Under the pieces are notes generated by a model, which searched no databases, was not told the DNA's origin, and saw only the letters and a list, made by a program, of their open reading frames with translations. The position numbers were made by a program, and so were the translations under genes. From the human T2T-CHM13v2.0 reference genome, Homo sapiens: a DNA stretch of 64,000 nucleotides. The stretch lies in NCBI RefSeq assembly GCF_009914755.1, contig NC_060937.1, one strand, 5' to 3'. Below are positions 38,776-54,951 of this stretch, piece after piece (position 1 is the stretch's first letter; every line of letters starts with the position of its first letter).

Positions 38776-39548
38776 ATGAAAGCTTCTTTGTTGTTATTGG
38801 CAAATTGGCAAATGACTGGCTGGTGATTGCATAATATAAGGTTAATGTATATTTCACATGGATTAAAAATGTGAAATGCCAATGGAAGATTATACTATTC
38901 TCCTATATCTTATTTAGTATTCTCTTTATTTATGTGCTCATCAAGTAAAATTGCTGATGATAAAATAGCTTCAAAGTTAATACATACACGTATTTTCAGT
39001 GGATTTCATTTTTGTGTTGATTTACTGAATTCTTTTCGTTATATTCTCCATAAAAGTGCTAGTGTTGTCTTTAATCAGAGCTACAACCACAAATTCTGTT
39101 TGATGAACAAGGAAATGAATCAACTTTAAAAGGAAAATTTTCATCAGCAATGCAATCTTTTCTCTTTTTTGTTACCTGATTTCTACTTTGCAGTCCCTCC
39201 AATACAACTTCTCAGATATCTTTGAGAATGCAAAATAATTATTATCTATGCTGTGCTATGACTTCTATATTTAAAAGTTTATATTTTAAACTTACTAAAA
39301 GATAAGAATAACATCACTAAATAAAATTTTACTAACACATATACATACACATATATTGGAAAAAAATAACATTTTAGAGAAAACACTAACAGTAAAGTAT
39401 AAAGAAAATTTTTAAAATGTGTCCATGTACTATCATAATGATTTTTTTCTTAGAATAAGCTGAGTGTGTTTTTTTGAATTTTAAAATTTCTTAGTCATTG
39501 CTTCAAAAATGAATATAGATTCATAGATGTTCAAACTACTGTCAAATA

Positions 39549-40094
39549 CAGTAATCCACTCTGTATCTCTGGACTAGCATTTTGCGATTTCAGTTACCAG
39601 TGGTCAATTGTGGTCTGAAAATATTATATGAAAAATTCCAGAAACAAACAAATCTTAAGCTTTAAATTGCACGTTGTTCTGAGTAGTGTGACAAAATCTT
39701 GGATTGTCCTGTGAGGTCCCACTTCCCATGTGCATCATCACTATGCTTAGTGTCTCTGTGCTGGAGACACTACATTCCAGTCAGTCACTTAGTAGTCGGC
39801 TTTATCAGGTCGACTGTCATGGTAGTGCAGTTCTTGTGATCAAGTAATTCTCATCTGACTTAGTGATGGTGCCAAAGCGCAGCAGTAGTGATGCTGCATA
39901 GTGTTATAATCATTCTATTTTATTGTTAGTTATTGTTGTTAATCTCTTATTGTGCCTAATGTATACATTAAACTTTATCCTAGGTATGTATGTATAGGAA
40001 AATCCATAGCACACACAGTTTGGTACTGTCTGTGGTTGCAAGCATCCAGTAGGTGTCTTGGAACGTATCTCCCATAGATAAGGGGAGGCTACTC
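39549..40094 (+). mobile_element. MER44 (Tigger7-derived) DNA transposon
   Basis: TIRs cagtaatcc...tatc / gataaggggaggctactc, flanking TA, internal ttttcagttacc...gaaaaattccagaaa-like motifs. Confidence 0.85.
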
Positions 40095-40216
40095 TATATA
40101 ACAACAAAAAAAAAAAGGAGAGAGAAACTTTTATATCTCATATTCATTTTTGCTAACTCTTTCAATAATTTTGAATTGTTGTGAATTCTAAATAACCAGA
40201 GAATATTATTAATATA

Positions 40217-40296
40217 TTAGGTTGGTGCAAAAGTAATTGCGGGTTTTGAAATAACTATCAATGGCAAAACCCACAATTACTTTTGCACCAATCTAA
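40217..40296. mobile_element. MADE1 (Hsmar1-derived 80 bp palindromic MITE)
   Basis: ttaggttggtgcaaaagtaattg...caattacttttgcaccaatctaa, TA TSD, exactly 80 bp. Confidence 0.96.
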
Positions 40297-40564
40297 TACC
40301 AAGATTTCTATAGCAAATTTATCTAATAACAAAATTAATCATAAAAATTAACAATCTCCATTAATACTTCAGTTATATTGAATAATCATAAATAAAACTA
40401 TGAGTAAGCAATTTGTAATGGAACCAGGTAAGAAATGTTCATTATCCTTCTGATTTTAATTAAAACAAAAAATAATTTTAGCCTTAGGGGTCATGGCTAT
40501 AGTGATAACAGATAAAGGCTCCTAAAATACATCCTCACTTCCATATGAAATTAAAAATATACCT

Positions 40565-40760
40565 TCTGTGTTCCCATAACCTATGGTATACACTTGCAGT
40601 CTAAGGTCCTATCCCATTTTCTATATTTAATATTTTATCATCAGTTTTTTCCACTAGACTCGGATCTCCTTGAGACAGTCTCCCACATTTTTTAAAGCCA
40701 ATTTAATAGCTCAGCATCAAGTCATTATTTGACAAGTATTAACAATTGGATGGATAAACT
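40565..40760 (+). mobile_element. L2 3' fragment
   Basis: ccactagactcggatctccttgag motif; degenerate. Confidence 0.5.
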
Positions 40761-41193
40761 TGTTAGCATAAGCTTTATCGGAAGTAAGCAGCATTATAAT
40801 CTCAGAAGAGCCGCTGGATTCTTTTGTTGAAAGCATTGACTAAGTACATTAACCTTTGAGTCATATAGGCTTGTGTTTGCAGCCCAGTTCACTCACTTGA
40901 TAACTGTACAGAATTTCACTCATGATTTATATGGCCGTAAAACTAATGTGTGTTTTAGAGAATCAACGTCCCTCATTTTGCATTTTGCCTAGACAAAACA
41001 GGCACATTTTTATTTCCATTTCTTCTCATAAGGACTTGATTTTTTCATTTACTAACTATTCATTAACTTCTTTCTCACTGCTTACCAATATATCATCACA
41101 CACACAAAGAAAACATAAAAGATATGTTTCTAATTTTTAAAAGTTTATAATATTATTGAGGAGACCAAATATGCCAACACAGAAGTGAGAAGC

Positions 41194-41235
<42 letters not shown>
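41194..41235. repeat. (GA)n microsatellite
   Basis: Read directly from the sequence. Confidence 0.95.
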
Positions 41236-41239
<4 letters not shown>

Positions 41240-44200
41240 GAGATGGCAGGGGGATTGATTTAAAAGTTTCCATACCACTTCTAAAATATTTGAGAGATCA
41301 TCAGTCTGTATATATGATCTAAGGATGAGTGGTTAGTGAATGTTCCAAGGGAAAAATAGGAGTTACAAGGAATCTAGAGGAATGGGCTGAGTATGATAAA
41401 TAATGTTTTATGTAAGGTTTTTTTGAAGCAACCATTAGCTGATTTTTTTAGTGATTTATTTTTAAAGATTTTTTAAAATTATTTTTATAGAAGTGTCAAG
41501 AGAAAAAGGACAGAAGGGACAAAGAAAAGACTTCCATCTTGGGTAAAAATCACAGTGTATACTCTCAGCCTCATCATACAGAAGAATGCTAGCAAGTAAG
41601 TTATAACCCAGGTTGGCCTGAGCTGAGGGAAGGGAAGAGGGTCTTTCAGGGTCTTTCACCCACAAGTCTTTAGGTAAAGCATAAAAGTGTTCGTGTATCA
41701 GAAAGGAAGAGGAGGTGACAAGAATTCCAAGAGATGTCTTGCTTTGCATATATAAGGAGGAAATGGGCTTCCCTTGTCTGAGGACCATTCTTTTACTCAA
41801 AAGAGAAACAGCTACTGTGTAGTTCAAGTATACTGAAACCAGTATGTTAAAAAAAAAAAAGGGAAAAACAGTGACCAGAAACACCTGCATGGAGTGCAGT
41901 CATTATCTACTGTGTGTGTCTGGTAGAAGGGGGATAATTTATAGAAAAAACAAAAATGATAACCCTGAAGGGGGAAAAAAAGACCCTTTCTAAAAGCATG
42001 ACACCCATTGACCCATAGTTCTTTTCATCTAACTACACTTCGGGGGCAGAACTGAAATTTTGTTTACAATGATTTTGGAAAGTTACTCTTCAGCCTTTGC
42101 TTTAACATTTCCAGAAAGAACAAAACAGCATTTCTCAAGTCAGCCACCGTTAGAATGGATTGGACTCCTTTTAGTTTGTTCGAATTATTAGATCTTATTC
42201 ATTCCCTCATTCACAAGTCTCAAAGGATTCCAATTACCAACGAGAATGCCCGCTCTTGGACTTTACTTTCCTCTCCAAAGGAGAATTTATTTAGTTATGC
42301 TTCTCTATATTCCCCTGAAGTCAAGCCACAAGCTATTACAATCTTACCAGCTTGCATTTTGTTATTGATCGGTTATTGTTTCAGTCAAATACTTCAGATA
42401 CCACAGTGTACTTATTTTTTAAGTGTCTTTTGACCTATGCATTTAAAAAATAAACTAGACTATACCATGAACTTAGGTTATCTTTCCAATGCTCCCCACA
42501 CTCCCAGGCAAGTAGAGACATTTTTCATCACATTTAGAGTTTACTACCATGAATCTAACAATGTGAAGAAAATGAAATAGAGTTTCTTATGTTTTTCAGT
42601 GCCTTTCTCCTGCCATGAGGATTTCATTTTAGGCATATGCAGGGGAGAGGTGAGGGAAAGGAAAGAGAATTTGGAAAACACTGGCTGTTCCAAGAAAAGA
42701 AATAGCATATTTGGCTTATTTTCCTTTTTATATTTAGTTCATATAAAAATACAATTTCAAATGGTAAATAATAACAAGTTTCTTTTTATATATCCCGGTG
42801 AAAAATAGGCTTGAAAAAGGTTTAGATGCACTGACCTTGGAAAATAGTTAATATTTTATGGATTCTGAAATTTATATTGTACTCTCACTGAGATTGCTTT
42901 TACTTGACTTTTAACTCAGAAAAATATCTGAGTCTTGAAGTTATGTATACTTTTTTTTAACTATTACATTTCTGCATTTTAAATGCTTATTCACCTCTCA
43001 AGGAACACATGCAAGTTGTATGCAAATTTTACCTCCCCAAAGTTTATTAACCTTAGCCCTTGTCACAAATCTAAAGTCTGGGTTCTGAACTGTTTTAAGT
43101 TATGAGGTAAAGGGCTATCAATTTTGAAAACTCTGGTTCATTGTAATCTGTGGAAACAGAGGCACTTGCAACCAAGAGAGAAAATAGTCTCTTCAATGGA
43201 GCTCCTCAAAGTTTTCCCACAGAATAATGGACTTTTACTTATTTAATAACAAGTATATTTTATGAAAATGACCCATTTCCTGGTTTTCTCCCTGAAAGAC
43301 TATAACTCCAAGATGGCAGAGCAGGGCTATAGTCACTCATAGATGTAATACGTAGTGTCTTTCATACATTAAATGGTCAACAATAGTTATGGAATAAATG
43401 AAGGGATTCATGGTGCTCCAGATAGTGATAAAAAAGTTTTCTTATATAGTTACTGTATAAGAGTTTCTTATACTATATAACAGTTTCTTATATAGTTACT
43501 GTTATATTTACTGTGGCCTCCTGCATCATTGTTATATCAATTAATTTTTCAATATCTGTACTTAATTGTATTTATTTTTGATATTGCCTTAAAATTGTTT
43601 CATCAATTGTACATTACAGTTGCTTAAAATATTCTAAATCCCCCCAGCCATTCCTAAACTCTACTTTAAATGGTGTCATGTGAATGGTTTTGTTTATATT
43701 CTGTTCTGTAATTACTACTAACTGCAACCTGGGACTCTTTTCCATGCAAAGACTATCCATATCTCTTTATTATTATATTCAAATTAATTTCTTAAAAGTA
43801 ATTTGTAATGGCACATTATATATGACTTAATTACTATTTGACCTAGGAGCTCATGATTATAACTTGGAATTTTCTCGTCAAAAAAGAATCAGTTAATAAT
43901 AGTCTATGTAGCTTCCTTGGTGCATTTTTGTTTGAGTATCTAACAAAATCATGAGTGTCAAAAGAACAACAGGAGGACAATTCTATACATTTTTTGTAAA
44001 GATGCTTATATAAAAAGAAGAAAGGAGGCAGTAAGTGTGCTAAGAGGTGGAAATATGCTCCAGAGGTGGTCCAAATCAGATTTAATTAACATACTGGCTC
44101 AAATGAAGAATAAAGCAGAATGCCTATAGTGAGCTGAAGTCCTTGTCTTTATTTTCTCCAGAAAACATATGCTCAGTTTACTAAATGCAGATATTTTGTT

Positions 44201-44969
44201 AGCTATTCTATTTCCTTGCCATTTTTGTCATGACATATTTCTGGCCCTATTTTATCTTTATTAAAAGAAGAGATTATGGGATCTTTATCTTTACAATCTC
44301 TAAGAGCTGAAAACTGTATGAGTATTACATTTATCTGAAATATTATCTATATGATTTTAGTTTCCATGAAATGGTTATTTTTTTAACATTTTTTCAATTT
44401 TATAGACTTTAAAAAAGGCAAACTCCTTGAGGATTGAAACAGAGAGTGCTTTGTTCAGCACTCTTTCAGTCTTAGAATTTTCCACAGAAAAGATGTAAAG
44501 TACATATGCACTGAATGAATAAATCAGTCAATAAACTATTTGAAGACCTGATGAGATATACATGTTTGTGTGTAGAACTTGGATCCAATTGTGTGTATAC
44601 AATTCTACCCAACTCAAATATATAAAGTTTTTATTTTTTGCAAGGAAGTTCTGGAGAAAAATAAAGAGCATCGGTGAATATATCACTCCTTAAACTACTA
44701 GAATTATTCTCTGATAGTGGATGTTTTTATATGTTGTTGAAGCCCTGATGTTTAATACAGTGCCCAGCTCAGAAAAATTGCCCAATAAATATTTATGAAA
44801 TAAATAAATGAGGGAAGACCATGATATATTGCGTTTACTTTAGATTTCATGAATAAAATCAGCATCCATCCAGTAGGAAACAAGATTCTAAAGTGAGGAT
44901 TTTGTGCCTTCAGCAATTACTAAAATTACATTTTTCTTTTACATTTCCCTTTAGTGTTCAGTTATAAGC

Positions 44970-45308
44970 TGTGTTACTTAAGGCTGTTATAATACTTGGC
45001 TGTTTAAAGACAACAATTTTTTTTTTTCAATTCTGGAGGCTAGAAGTCCCAGATTAGGGCACAGCATATTTGACTTTGGCGAAGGGCTGTCTTCCAGATT
45101 GCAGACTACTGACTTCCAAATTCTCACGGGGCATGAAGAGCATGAGAGAGCTCTCTGGGATCTATTTTATAAAGGCACTACTCCCATTCATAAGGGCTTC
45201 ATCCTCATGATCTGATTACTTCCCAGTGGCCCGGCCTCCAAGTCTCCTTACATTGGTTATTAGCATTTCAACACAAAAACTTGGGAAAACACAAACATTC
45301 AATCCATT
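44970..45308 (-). mobile_element. MLT1A-like LTR
   Basis: ttctggaggctagaagtcc...ttttataaaggcacta...cacaaacattcaatccat. Confidence 0.8.
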
Positions 45309-45627
45309 GAATATGCCATCAAATGGTAAGTTACATTAGTAATTTTTTTAAGAAATTTCAAAAATTGAGTATTTTTAAAGACAGTATGTACATAGCCATG
45401 CTAGGAAGGAACAAAATATCAAGGGGAAAAATGTATAGAGTTAGTTATGGAAAGAAAGAAGCAGACTGAATACCTGAAGATTTGCTTCAGATACGAAGGT
45501 AGAAAAAGGCCATCTTAGATGCAAATCTGGAACCCCAAATCCTTGTAAATACTGAGGTGTGAATTTGAAATTGTGTTTATGGTTATTTTCATTAGCTTTT
45601 CTCGAATTCAATAAATATTACCTGTGA

Positions 45628-46164
<537 letters not shown>

Positions 46165-48759
46165 TAGTAACAACAAAAGAGATGCTTGAAGAAATATTCA
46201 TGGCTATGTATTGAAATCTAGTTTAAATCAATATAGAATTGAAAATGTTTGACAGAGCTGATATACCAGAAAAAGTTCTAAAAATAGAATTGTAATGGAA
46301 ACATGAGACCCTTACATTCACTGATGGTAACAGGTGCAGTTTTAATTAAAGACATTAGCATGTTAAAAATAAACAAAGCTAAACATAGTTGAATGGATAA
46401 TGTTTAACATCTTAATTTACTGAATTCCACAGCAAAGACTAAATATATCAGAGAAACATACCTTCAAAATGATATGTGCAATTGTAGAGAAGCTATTTTA
46501 GCTTTTGCAGATTTTTAAAACATAGTAGCTCCATTTTTTCCAACTGCACAGTTAGAACATAAATAGCTGACAATATTATTTGAATACATCAATAAAATAC
46601 ATTTTAAAACCCAGTGAAGAATTAACTACACAAAGCCCTACTTATCTTTATCTACCCAGAAAGCACAAAACTGCAAACACACAAAATACTCCTGTGGTGT
46701 TTCTGACAACCAGCTGAAATTCCTTCTGCAAGTTCAAACTCCTTTTCCAATTTCATGTCTTCCAACATGGTTTCATATGCGTAGCATTAGGAATTCTTCC
46801 CTAGGAAGAATACTTTTGGTATATAAAGTATGCCAATGTTTAGAGAGCTCTGAATATATCATGGTGTACATGAAATTCTGTTTTTCTTGAAAGTTTTTGG
46901 GAAAAAGGAAAAGGTTCTGAAGATTGTGATTATCTGAAAATGATGTAGAATGAAAGCTCCTGAAATTGGAACATTTTGAAAGGTGACATTGATTACTCCA
47001 GTGGGTTGCCAAAGGCCGTGTATGTGGAGCTTGTACAGCCTGGAGGAAATATAAGAGTTCTGGGAACCTTGATAATGGGAGACAATGAGAAATATTTCTT
47101 TCTGGAATTTCTTGATTGGGTTAGGCAAAAGTAAATTGTGTTTTGCAGTGAGAAAAGTGAGTATGCTTACCTATACGATTTCAGTAAACAATAGTTGTAT
47201 TGTTTACAGTTAATTTAAAACAATCAACATAGATTCTTCCAGTCCATTTTTATAGCATCTTGGTGAAGCCTGATATATTCCCACCATCACCAGACCCTAA
47301 ATTTTTCTGTGATTTAGGTGGGTTAAGAACACCTTTTCTCTTCCAGGATATGTGTTACAAAAATAACAAGATGATTGGCAATGAGAATAACACAACCAAA
47401 GGAACAGAAATAGTTGTCATAAACTCAGCTAGGTGTTTCAGAATCCTATCTTTAAAGAAAAACTTCAAACTTCAGCAACAATAATAAGAGGAAAAAGAAG
47501 AAACATCAGCTAGAGAAAAGATATTCAAGTTTACTTTAAAGAAATAGATATGTCTCTAAGTTTCTCTAAAATGATGCAGATTTCCAGGAAATAAAGAACA
47601 GTTTTAGACTATATTCACATGTGCTTTAAAAGAATTTTAAGTAATGTTCTGCTATTTCTATCATATGCATTCAAAATGTTTACATTATTATAAAGAGATC
47701 AAATTGAATAAGAAAATTGTGGCACAAATTTTCATACATTTAAAAATATGCATCATTGGAAAGTGTTGCGAATTATAGCACTGATTACATCAGCATGAAG
47801 AATGTTTACATGATTTACTGGAAGAACAAAGGACACAATAAATCAGTTTTTACATTTTACAAATTTTTCATTCCTGTTTACTTTTTTCTTTTCTCCGTTC
47901 TATCTTCATTTATTTCAGAATATTTTTATTGTGTGAAGCACTCAATTTAAGAAACTGTGTTACAGACAATTTTTTGAGTCTGAAGGAAAATAAGTAAATA
48001 CATTGAAACACAGCTCAGTATCTGTAATAATTTAGAACCGAAGGGGAATTTCCTAGATTAAAAAAAATGCAATTGGTCCCAGCAGTCTACCAAATTTTCT
48101 ACCTAAACTTCATTTTCTACCTTAATTTCTCTCAATTTGAAAAGCATTACTACACAAATCTAACACCTGGGTTAAATTGTTCTATTTCTGCAACTCTAAC
48201 CCAAATGGGTTGCAGGGGAAGGCAGAAAACATAAATAAATAATTTTTAGAAAATCCTTCACTTGATACAGATATATATCTGTAACAAGTAGTAATATTAA
48301 AATACAACTTAATTTAAAGAATAACAAAATGGAAAATAAGACATCACTTAAATAAATTAGTTAGTAGTGTGATTCTTCTAAACACAAGTTTCTGTCCTTC
48401 TGCAATGTGCTTCTTTCAGTACTTTCACTGCCATACCCAGCTCTGAGTCTTAGAAGGCAAATGATACAGAAATTCAGTAAATACACAGCTTGCTTACAAT
48501 GAATTTGTGGCTTTGTATTAATGTTGTGTTAATTCACTGCGATTTTGGAGTTGCCTTTTTTTCAGCATTATACAGCCAATATTACTCACATGATACTACT
48601 TTCAACTCTAACTTCCACACTCCCAAAACATTCATGAATGTGTGTACAAAATTATGTATTAACACACATACACACACACAATAGGCATAATCTAAGATGT
48701 TCCTCAAGATTGCCATCCATCTTCTATACCCATTTTTGAGGGCTGTGAAATTCAATATT

Positions 48760-50750
48760 CAAATCATTTTCTCCCACAAAGATTGTCAAGTGTTCCTTTT
48801 GCAACCCTTCCTCTCTCCAACCAGTTCTTATCTCGAGATCTCCCACTTTCTGTCACTCTAGATTAGTGTGCACATATTCATTTTCTTTTTATATAAGCTA
48901 TATTATACAGTATCTACTCTTTTATTTCTGGCGTCTTTCATTCAGCTTGAATATTTTGAGGTTCATCCATGTTGTTGGGTGTATCAATATTTATATGTCA
49001 TATTTTCTTTATTCACTTATTTACTGATAGATATTAACTTGTTTCTATTTTTTCTGGGTAAAACTGCTGTAAAAATTTGGTACAAATCTTTGAGTATTTT
49101 CATTTTTCTTGGGTAAATATCCAGGAGTTGAATGGCCGGGTTATATAATAGATGTATGGTGTATATGTAACTTTCTGAGAGACTGTCATATATTTTCCAA
49201 AGTGCCAGTACTAAACTATGTTGTTACCTTTTCACAGTCTACTTGGACTTCATGTTGTATCTATCCTTATAAAGCATGGAAAACTTCCAATATGGGATTC
49301 TGCTTATACTCCTCTCATTCCTTATATTAGATAGTTTTTAAATGTGGTAATATTGTAAACTCCACATGATAAGGTTTTAGTTGATGACTTAAGCTGAAGT
49401 ATAATATGTATTACAAATAGAGTCAAAGGACAAAAATAAAGAAAAAAACAATTTTCATGTTTATACAGGTATTTAACATTTCTGATGCCACTTATTTATT
49501 GATATATATCAAAATTTTATTGTTATTATTTCTCTTCAATCTGAAGGAACTGTAGTTAGCACTTACTGCCATATGGAAGTTATGGCAGTGAATTCTTAGT
49601 TTTCTTAAATATGTAATTGTCTTTATTTTGCCTTACTTCTTGAGAAATAATACTGTTAAATGTAGAATTCTACATTGACAGTTATTCTTCTTTCATAAAC
49701 TTAAAATATTATTTCATTATCTTCTGCCTCCATAATTTCTGGTGAGAAATAAACTGTTAATCAATTTAATTTTTGCCCTTTATTTAAAGTGTCATTTTTC
49801 TCTTGCTACTTTTAAGATTTGTTCTTTCTCTTCAGATTTTAATATTTAGATGGGGATGTGCTTCCTATTTCACAAGTCCCTGAGATTCTGTTCAGTTTCT
49901 CAATGTTTTATTTTCTTCAGATGGCAAAAATCATTAATTTATTTTCATGTTTATTGATTATTTTCTCTGTCACTTTATAAAGCTATTAAGCCCATAATTT
50001 TTTTTAGTATTTTTTATTCTAACATTTCCTTTGGTTCTTTCATATAATTTTCATTTCTCTGTTAAGATTTTCTGTTATTTTCTTTTAAGATGTGTGTTTT
50101 TTCACCTCTTTGAATATATTTATCATAACTCTTTTAAAATCTTCTGATGGTTCTAAAATATGGGTCATATCAGGGACCCCCTCTGGTGGCTATAGTATTA
50201 CTTGGAAATGGCCCATATTTACTTGGTTCTTTGTACATCAAACATTTTGGTTTGTAGCTTAAGCATTGTAAATGTAATGGTTGAAGACTGTGGATTCTGC
50301 TACATTATTCTAAAGAATGTTGATGCTTTGTTTAGTTTGTTTAGATTTAACCTGAAAAATCTGTGAACATCCATTTAATTCTCAACTAAATCTCAATTCC
50401 TCTTCTTCCACTCTTTCTTCTGACTAATTCTCATGCAGCCATTGTTGCCTGGACTCTGTTCCCTGGTTCTTCATTTGAGAAAGACGGCAAACTATTAATT
50501 GGAGTTTAAGCCTTCTTGCATCAAACAACCGCAGTCTTCTCTCAGTGACAAGCCACAAAATACAGTGATCATAGCTTGTTCATAGCTCCCTCAAAATTTT
50601 AACTTGCTTCAAAAGTTACCTGCTATTGTTCATGTTGTATAACCATTGAATATTGATTTTCTTTTTGTATTTTACCCAGAGTGTTTAGTTAACTGTAAGA
50701 TAGTCAGTTTATGGTAGGCTTACACAAACATTCCAGAAGTAGACTAGGCA
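48760..50750 (-). mobile_element. Old L1M fragments (3' end, ORF1 and 5' region)
   Basis: Antisense motifs ttttgaggttcatccatgttgt, cttgggtaaatatccaggag, tgtagaattctacattgacag. Confidence 0.65.
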
Positions 50751-51925
50751 TATGTTTTATAATCCTGAATGTTTAAACTGTTGTATTTTTATTATAGCCA
50801 ACTCAAAGAGCTTACATGGGATATAGGAATTAGAGAATGTATGCTGATACCTGTTCAGTTCCCTCACTCTTTATTGGTACAGTCGTAACTCATACATAGT
50901 GAATCACATACATTTATTTAGTTACTTTTATCAATATGGAATGGATGATTTAGTCACTACGCAAAGCCAATAAATGCTATAAACCATGGAACTAGTAATC
51001 TAAAAACGTCCAGGATTTATTTAGACTACTTTAGTCAAATGGAGTAGAATGGATAGTCTATTATCAGGAATCTTCATCTTCATCTTTTTTTACATGTATA
51101 TATTCACAATATAAATTCACAATGCTAAAATTGCTACATAGCATAGGAAAAACTGCTTGATCATATTTTTTGCAAAAAAAAAATGAAGAAAGAGGCAAAA
51201 TGTCTTGAATTATACTTTGGGCTCATAGAAAAGAGAAAAAAAATTGACTAAAATTAAGATTATTAAATAAAACATTTCACGGGCTAGGGAGAAATAATGA
51301 GACAAAAAACAAAAAAGAAAAAAGTCCACATCAATGGATGAGGAATCAGAGAAGGCATTACTGGGGCAAAGGCAGGAGGAGAAGAGAACTAAATAAGTTT
51401 GCCTCTGTTCCTTTGGCCTCATTAATTTTCACACAGTTTTGTCTCATACAGACAAAAATACAAAATGTTATAATACGTACTCTACATGGTTCTCAAACTT
51501 TGAATTTTCTTGGTCCTAAAATGCTTAATTTTTTTGGCAGCTATCATAGCCCATCTTCTAGAATGACAACAGTCAATGTGAAAGATCAGTTACAAATGGT
51601 GTTAAAAGTATGTACTTTCACTAAATGAACACAGACTGGAGTATGGCACGATACCAATGGTTTATGCTGCCATGAATACAGATTGTGAGCAACATTCAAA
51701 GCTAGAAAAATTAATTAGATAATTATACAAAATAAATTATTTTTATGATAACTATACATTTTAGAGGGGGAAAAAAAGATTCCATCTAGGTGATGACCAG
51801 TATTCTAAAGTGCATGCCACATTTAAAAGCCATGTTTTTTTAATCTACTGATGTTGAGTTTAAACCTTCAAAACATGGAGATTAGTGTACTCATTCCGAG
51901 GGATTAAAAAAGACTAAGCCCAAAG

Positions 51926-52012
51926 AGTAATTGAATAAGTTAAAGGGATGTAATGAGTTTTTTTTTTTTCAGTAATTGAATAAGTTAAAGGGATGTAATG
52001 AGTTTTTTTTTC
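51926..52012. repeat. Perfect 42-45 bp tandem duplication
   Basis: agtaattgaataagttaaagggatgtaatgag(T)nc twice; only the T-run length differs (12 vs 9). Confidence 0.95.
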
Positions 52013-52160
52013 TGAAAAGAATATCATTTAAAGTAATATAAATTATCTTCTGATTTTTAAATATTAGTTAATTGGTTTTTAAAAAACATTTTTCTAAATT
52101 ATAATTAGGAGAAGTATACCACACAGAAAGTTGGGACGCCTAATGTAGTCAGATATTATT

Positions 52161-52989
<829 letters not shown>

Positions 52990-53174
52990 GTCAGATATTA
53001 TTTTTAATTACACGTTAAGATAAACATAATAGCTAATGTTACTTTGGAGTTTTTTCTTTTTTTCACTTTATTCATTTTAATTTGGAAAAATGTTTAAATT
53101 TTCCTAATGTAATAAAATGCACACACACACAGAGAAGATAGAGAGAGCGAGCAAGAGAGTGCAAGAGAGAGAGA

Positions 53175-53345
53175 GATCCTCATCGTCCTCAGCATACATC
53201 TACATACACAAAACAGTAGCTACATGAGATGATGGATATGCCAACTAAGTTGATTGCAGTAAACATTTCACAATGTATACATATATCATAACAGAATATG
53301 TACAATTTTTATTTTTCAATTATACTTCAATAAAGCTATAAAAAA
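53175..53345 (+). mobile_element. L1MA/MB 3' end
   Basis: gagatgatggatatg...catttcacaatgtatac...caataaagct. Confidence 0.75.
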
Positions 53346-54951
53346 CAATGTAAACAATGCTCAGAAGGCATTGTATACCTCAAGAATACAATGAGTCATA
53401 TATATATATATATATATATGTATATTTACACTCACACATACACATACATTGTTAATCAGGTTAACTTTCTGCATTTTAAAACTGAAATGATGTTCCTATT
53501 TGAACTTTGGTTGCTAAACCAAAGAGAGAGCTCCTGGCTGAATGCCAGCAGCATCTGTAGAGGGGACCTTATGTTATTCAGAGGGCAGCAATAATTATTG
53601 TGTCCCCAAGGAAAATAGAAAGAATGAATATTGACAAAGACTGGGGAGAAACACTGATGATGATGTTCAGCATGCTTCAATTTTAACATTAAAATATGAC
53701 TGTTTTGTTTGACTGAACAGGACAGGGCAATCTGCATTCAAGCCATAAGAAGTAAACCCAGTAGCTGGGTAAGTGCCTATAGCAATGGTTTGAGACTTAC
53801 TCTGATGCTTTGAATGTATTGACTTCCTGTTTTTATTTTATGATAAACACAAAATTATCTATAAAAATGAGGAAAGATTCCAACTACCTCGTGCAATCAT
53901 TTGTAATTTTGTAGCATGTCTTCCAAATATCATTGCTTTGAAGAATTTGCTTAAAAATGTATTACTAAAAGCCGAGACCCTGGTGATGTTACACAGGCTT
54001 GAGAAATCCAGTATCACTCCAGGGCAATGATGCTAATAATATTTTATTACTAGTTAAGTTTCTCAAAGCCAATGCATGTGATGTTAAAATTTAGTTTCGA
54101 AACAATTCAATAATAATAATAATGGTATATTTGAAATGATATTTGTATAACTTTATTCATATTCTCCCGAAGTTACAAAAGTACACTAAACATTTTTTGA
54201 AAATGAAGAGCTACTTTGTATATGATATAGCAACCCTATATGGCTAGCCGTACATACTTTGCGATGAGTGTCTGGGGGGTTGTGCTTGTAGTAAACCATG
54301 CGAATACTGACAAAAACAAAAACATGTACCCACAAGGTAAATTATACATAGGATAAACTCTGTATAAGAATGCACACACAAATATGTATTAATAAACACA
54401 TTGATTAGTAAATTACTCAATTGTACCTCAAATGTTTTGTTTTATTTTAACAGAAAAAAAGTTTAAGTTTATAAAATGAAGTTATTTTTACATAAAATAA
54501 GATTACTCATAAGTAAAAACAGATAAGAAACTTGTCCCATCCACAGCACAAAGACTGGTGGAGCAAAAAAAAAAAATGTTTAAACATTATATATTCCAAC
54601 AAAAGGCTCTGAATTAAAAAAAAAGTAATCTTGGCTCTGTTTAGTCATGTTCATTACCTAGATTTTCAAACACTGGCAAGATTATTAGTATGTTTGCTAT
54701 TTGTCTCTGAAAACTAGAACATAAAAATACTTTAAAATTTATAGGAGAAAGGACAGGAAATAATAGTATTCCATAAGTCAATAAATGTGTTTAATTGCAG
54801 AAAAGTCACCCATAGTTTTGAAAAATGTCTGTGGTTGATGTTTTTCTTAAATCCCTTGAAATATATTCAAAGTAGGGATTAGAAAGACAAACTGCTTTCC
54901 CATGTTTCTCTAACAATATTTTAAACCCATTAAAAGATAAACTTTAGATTT

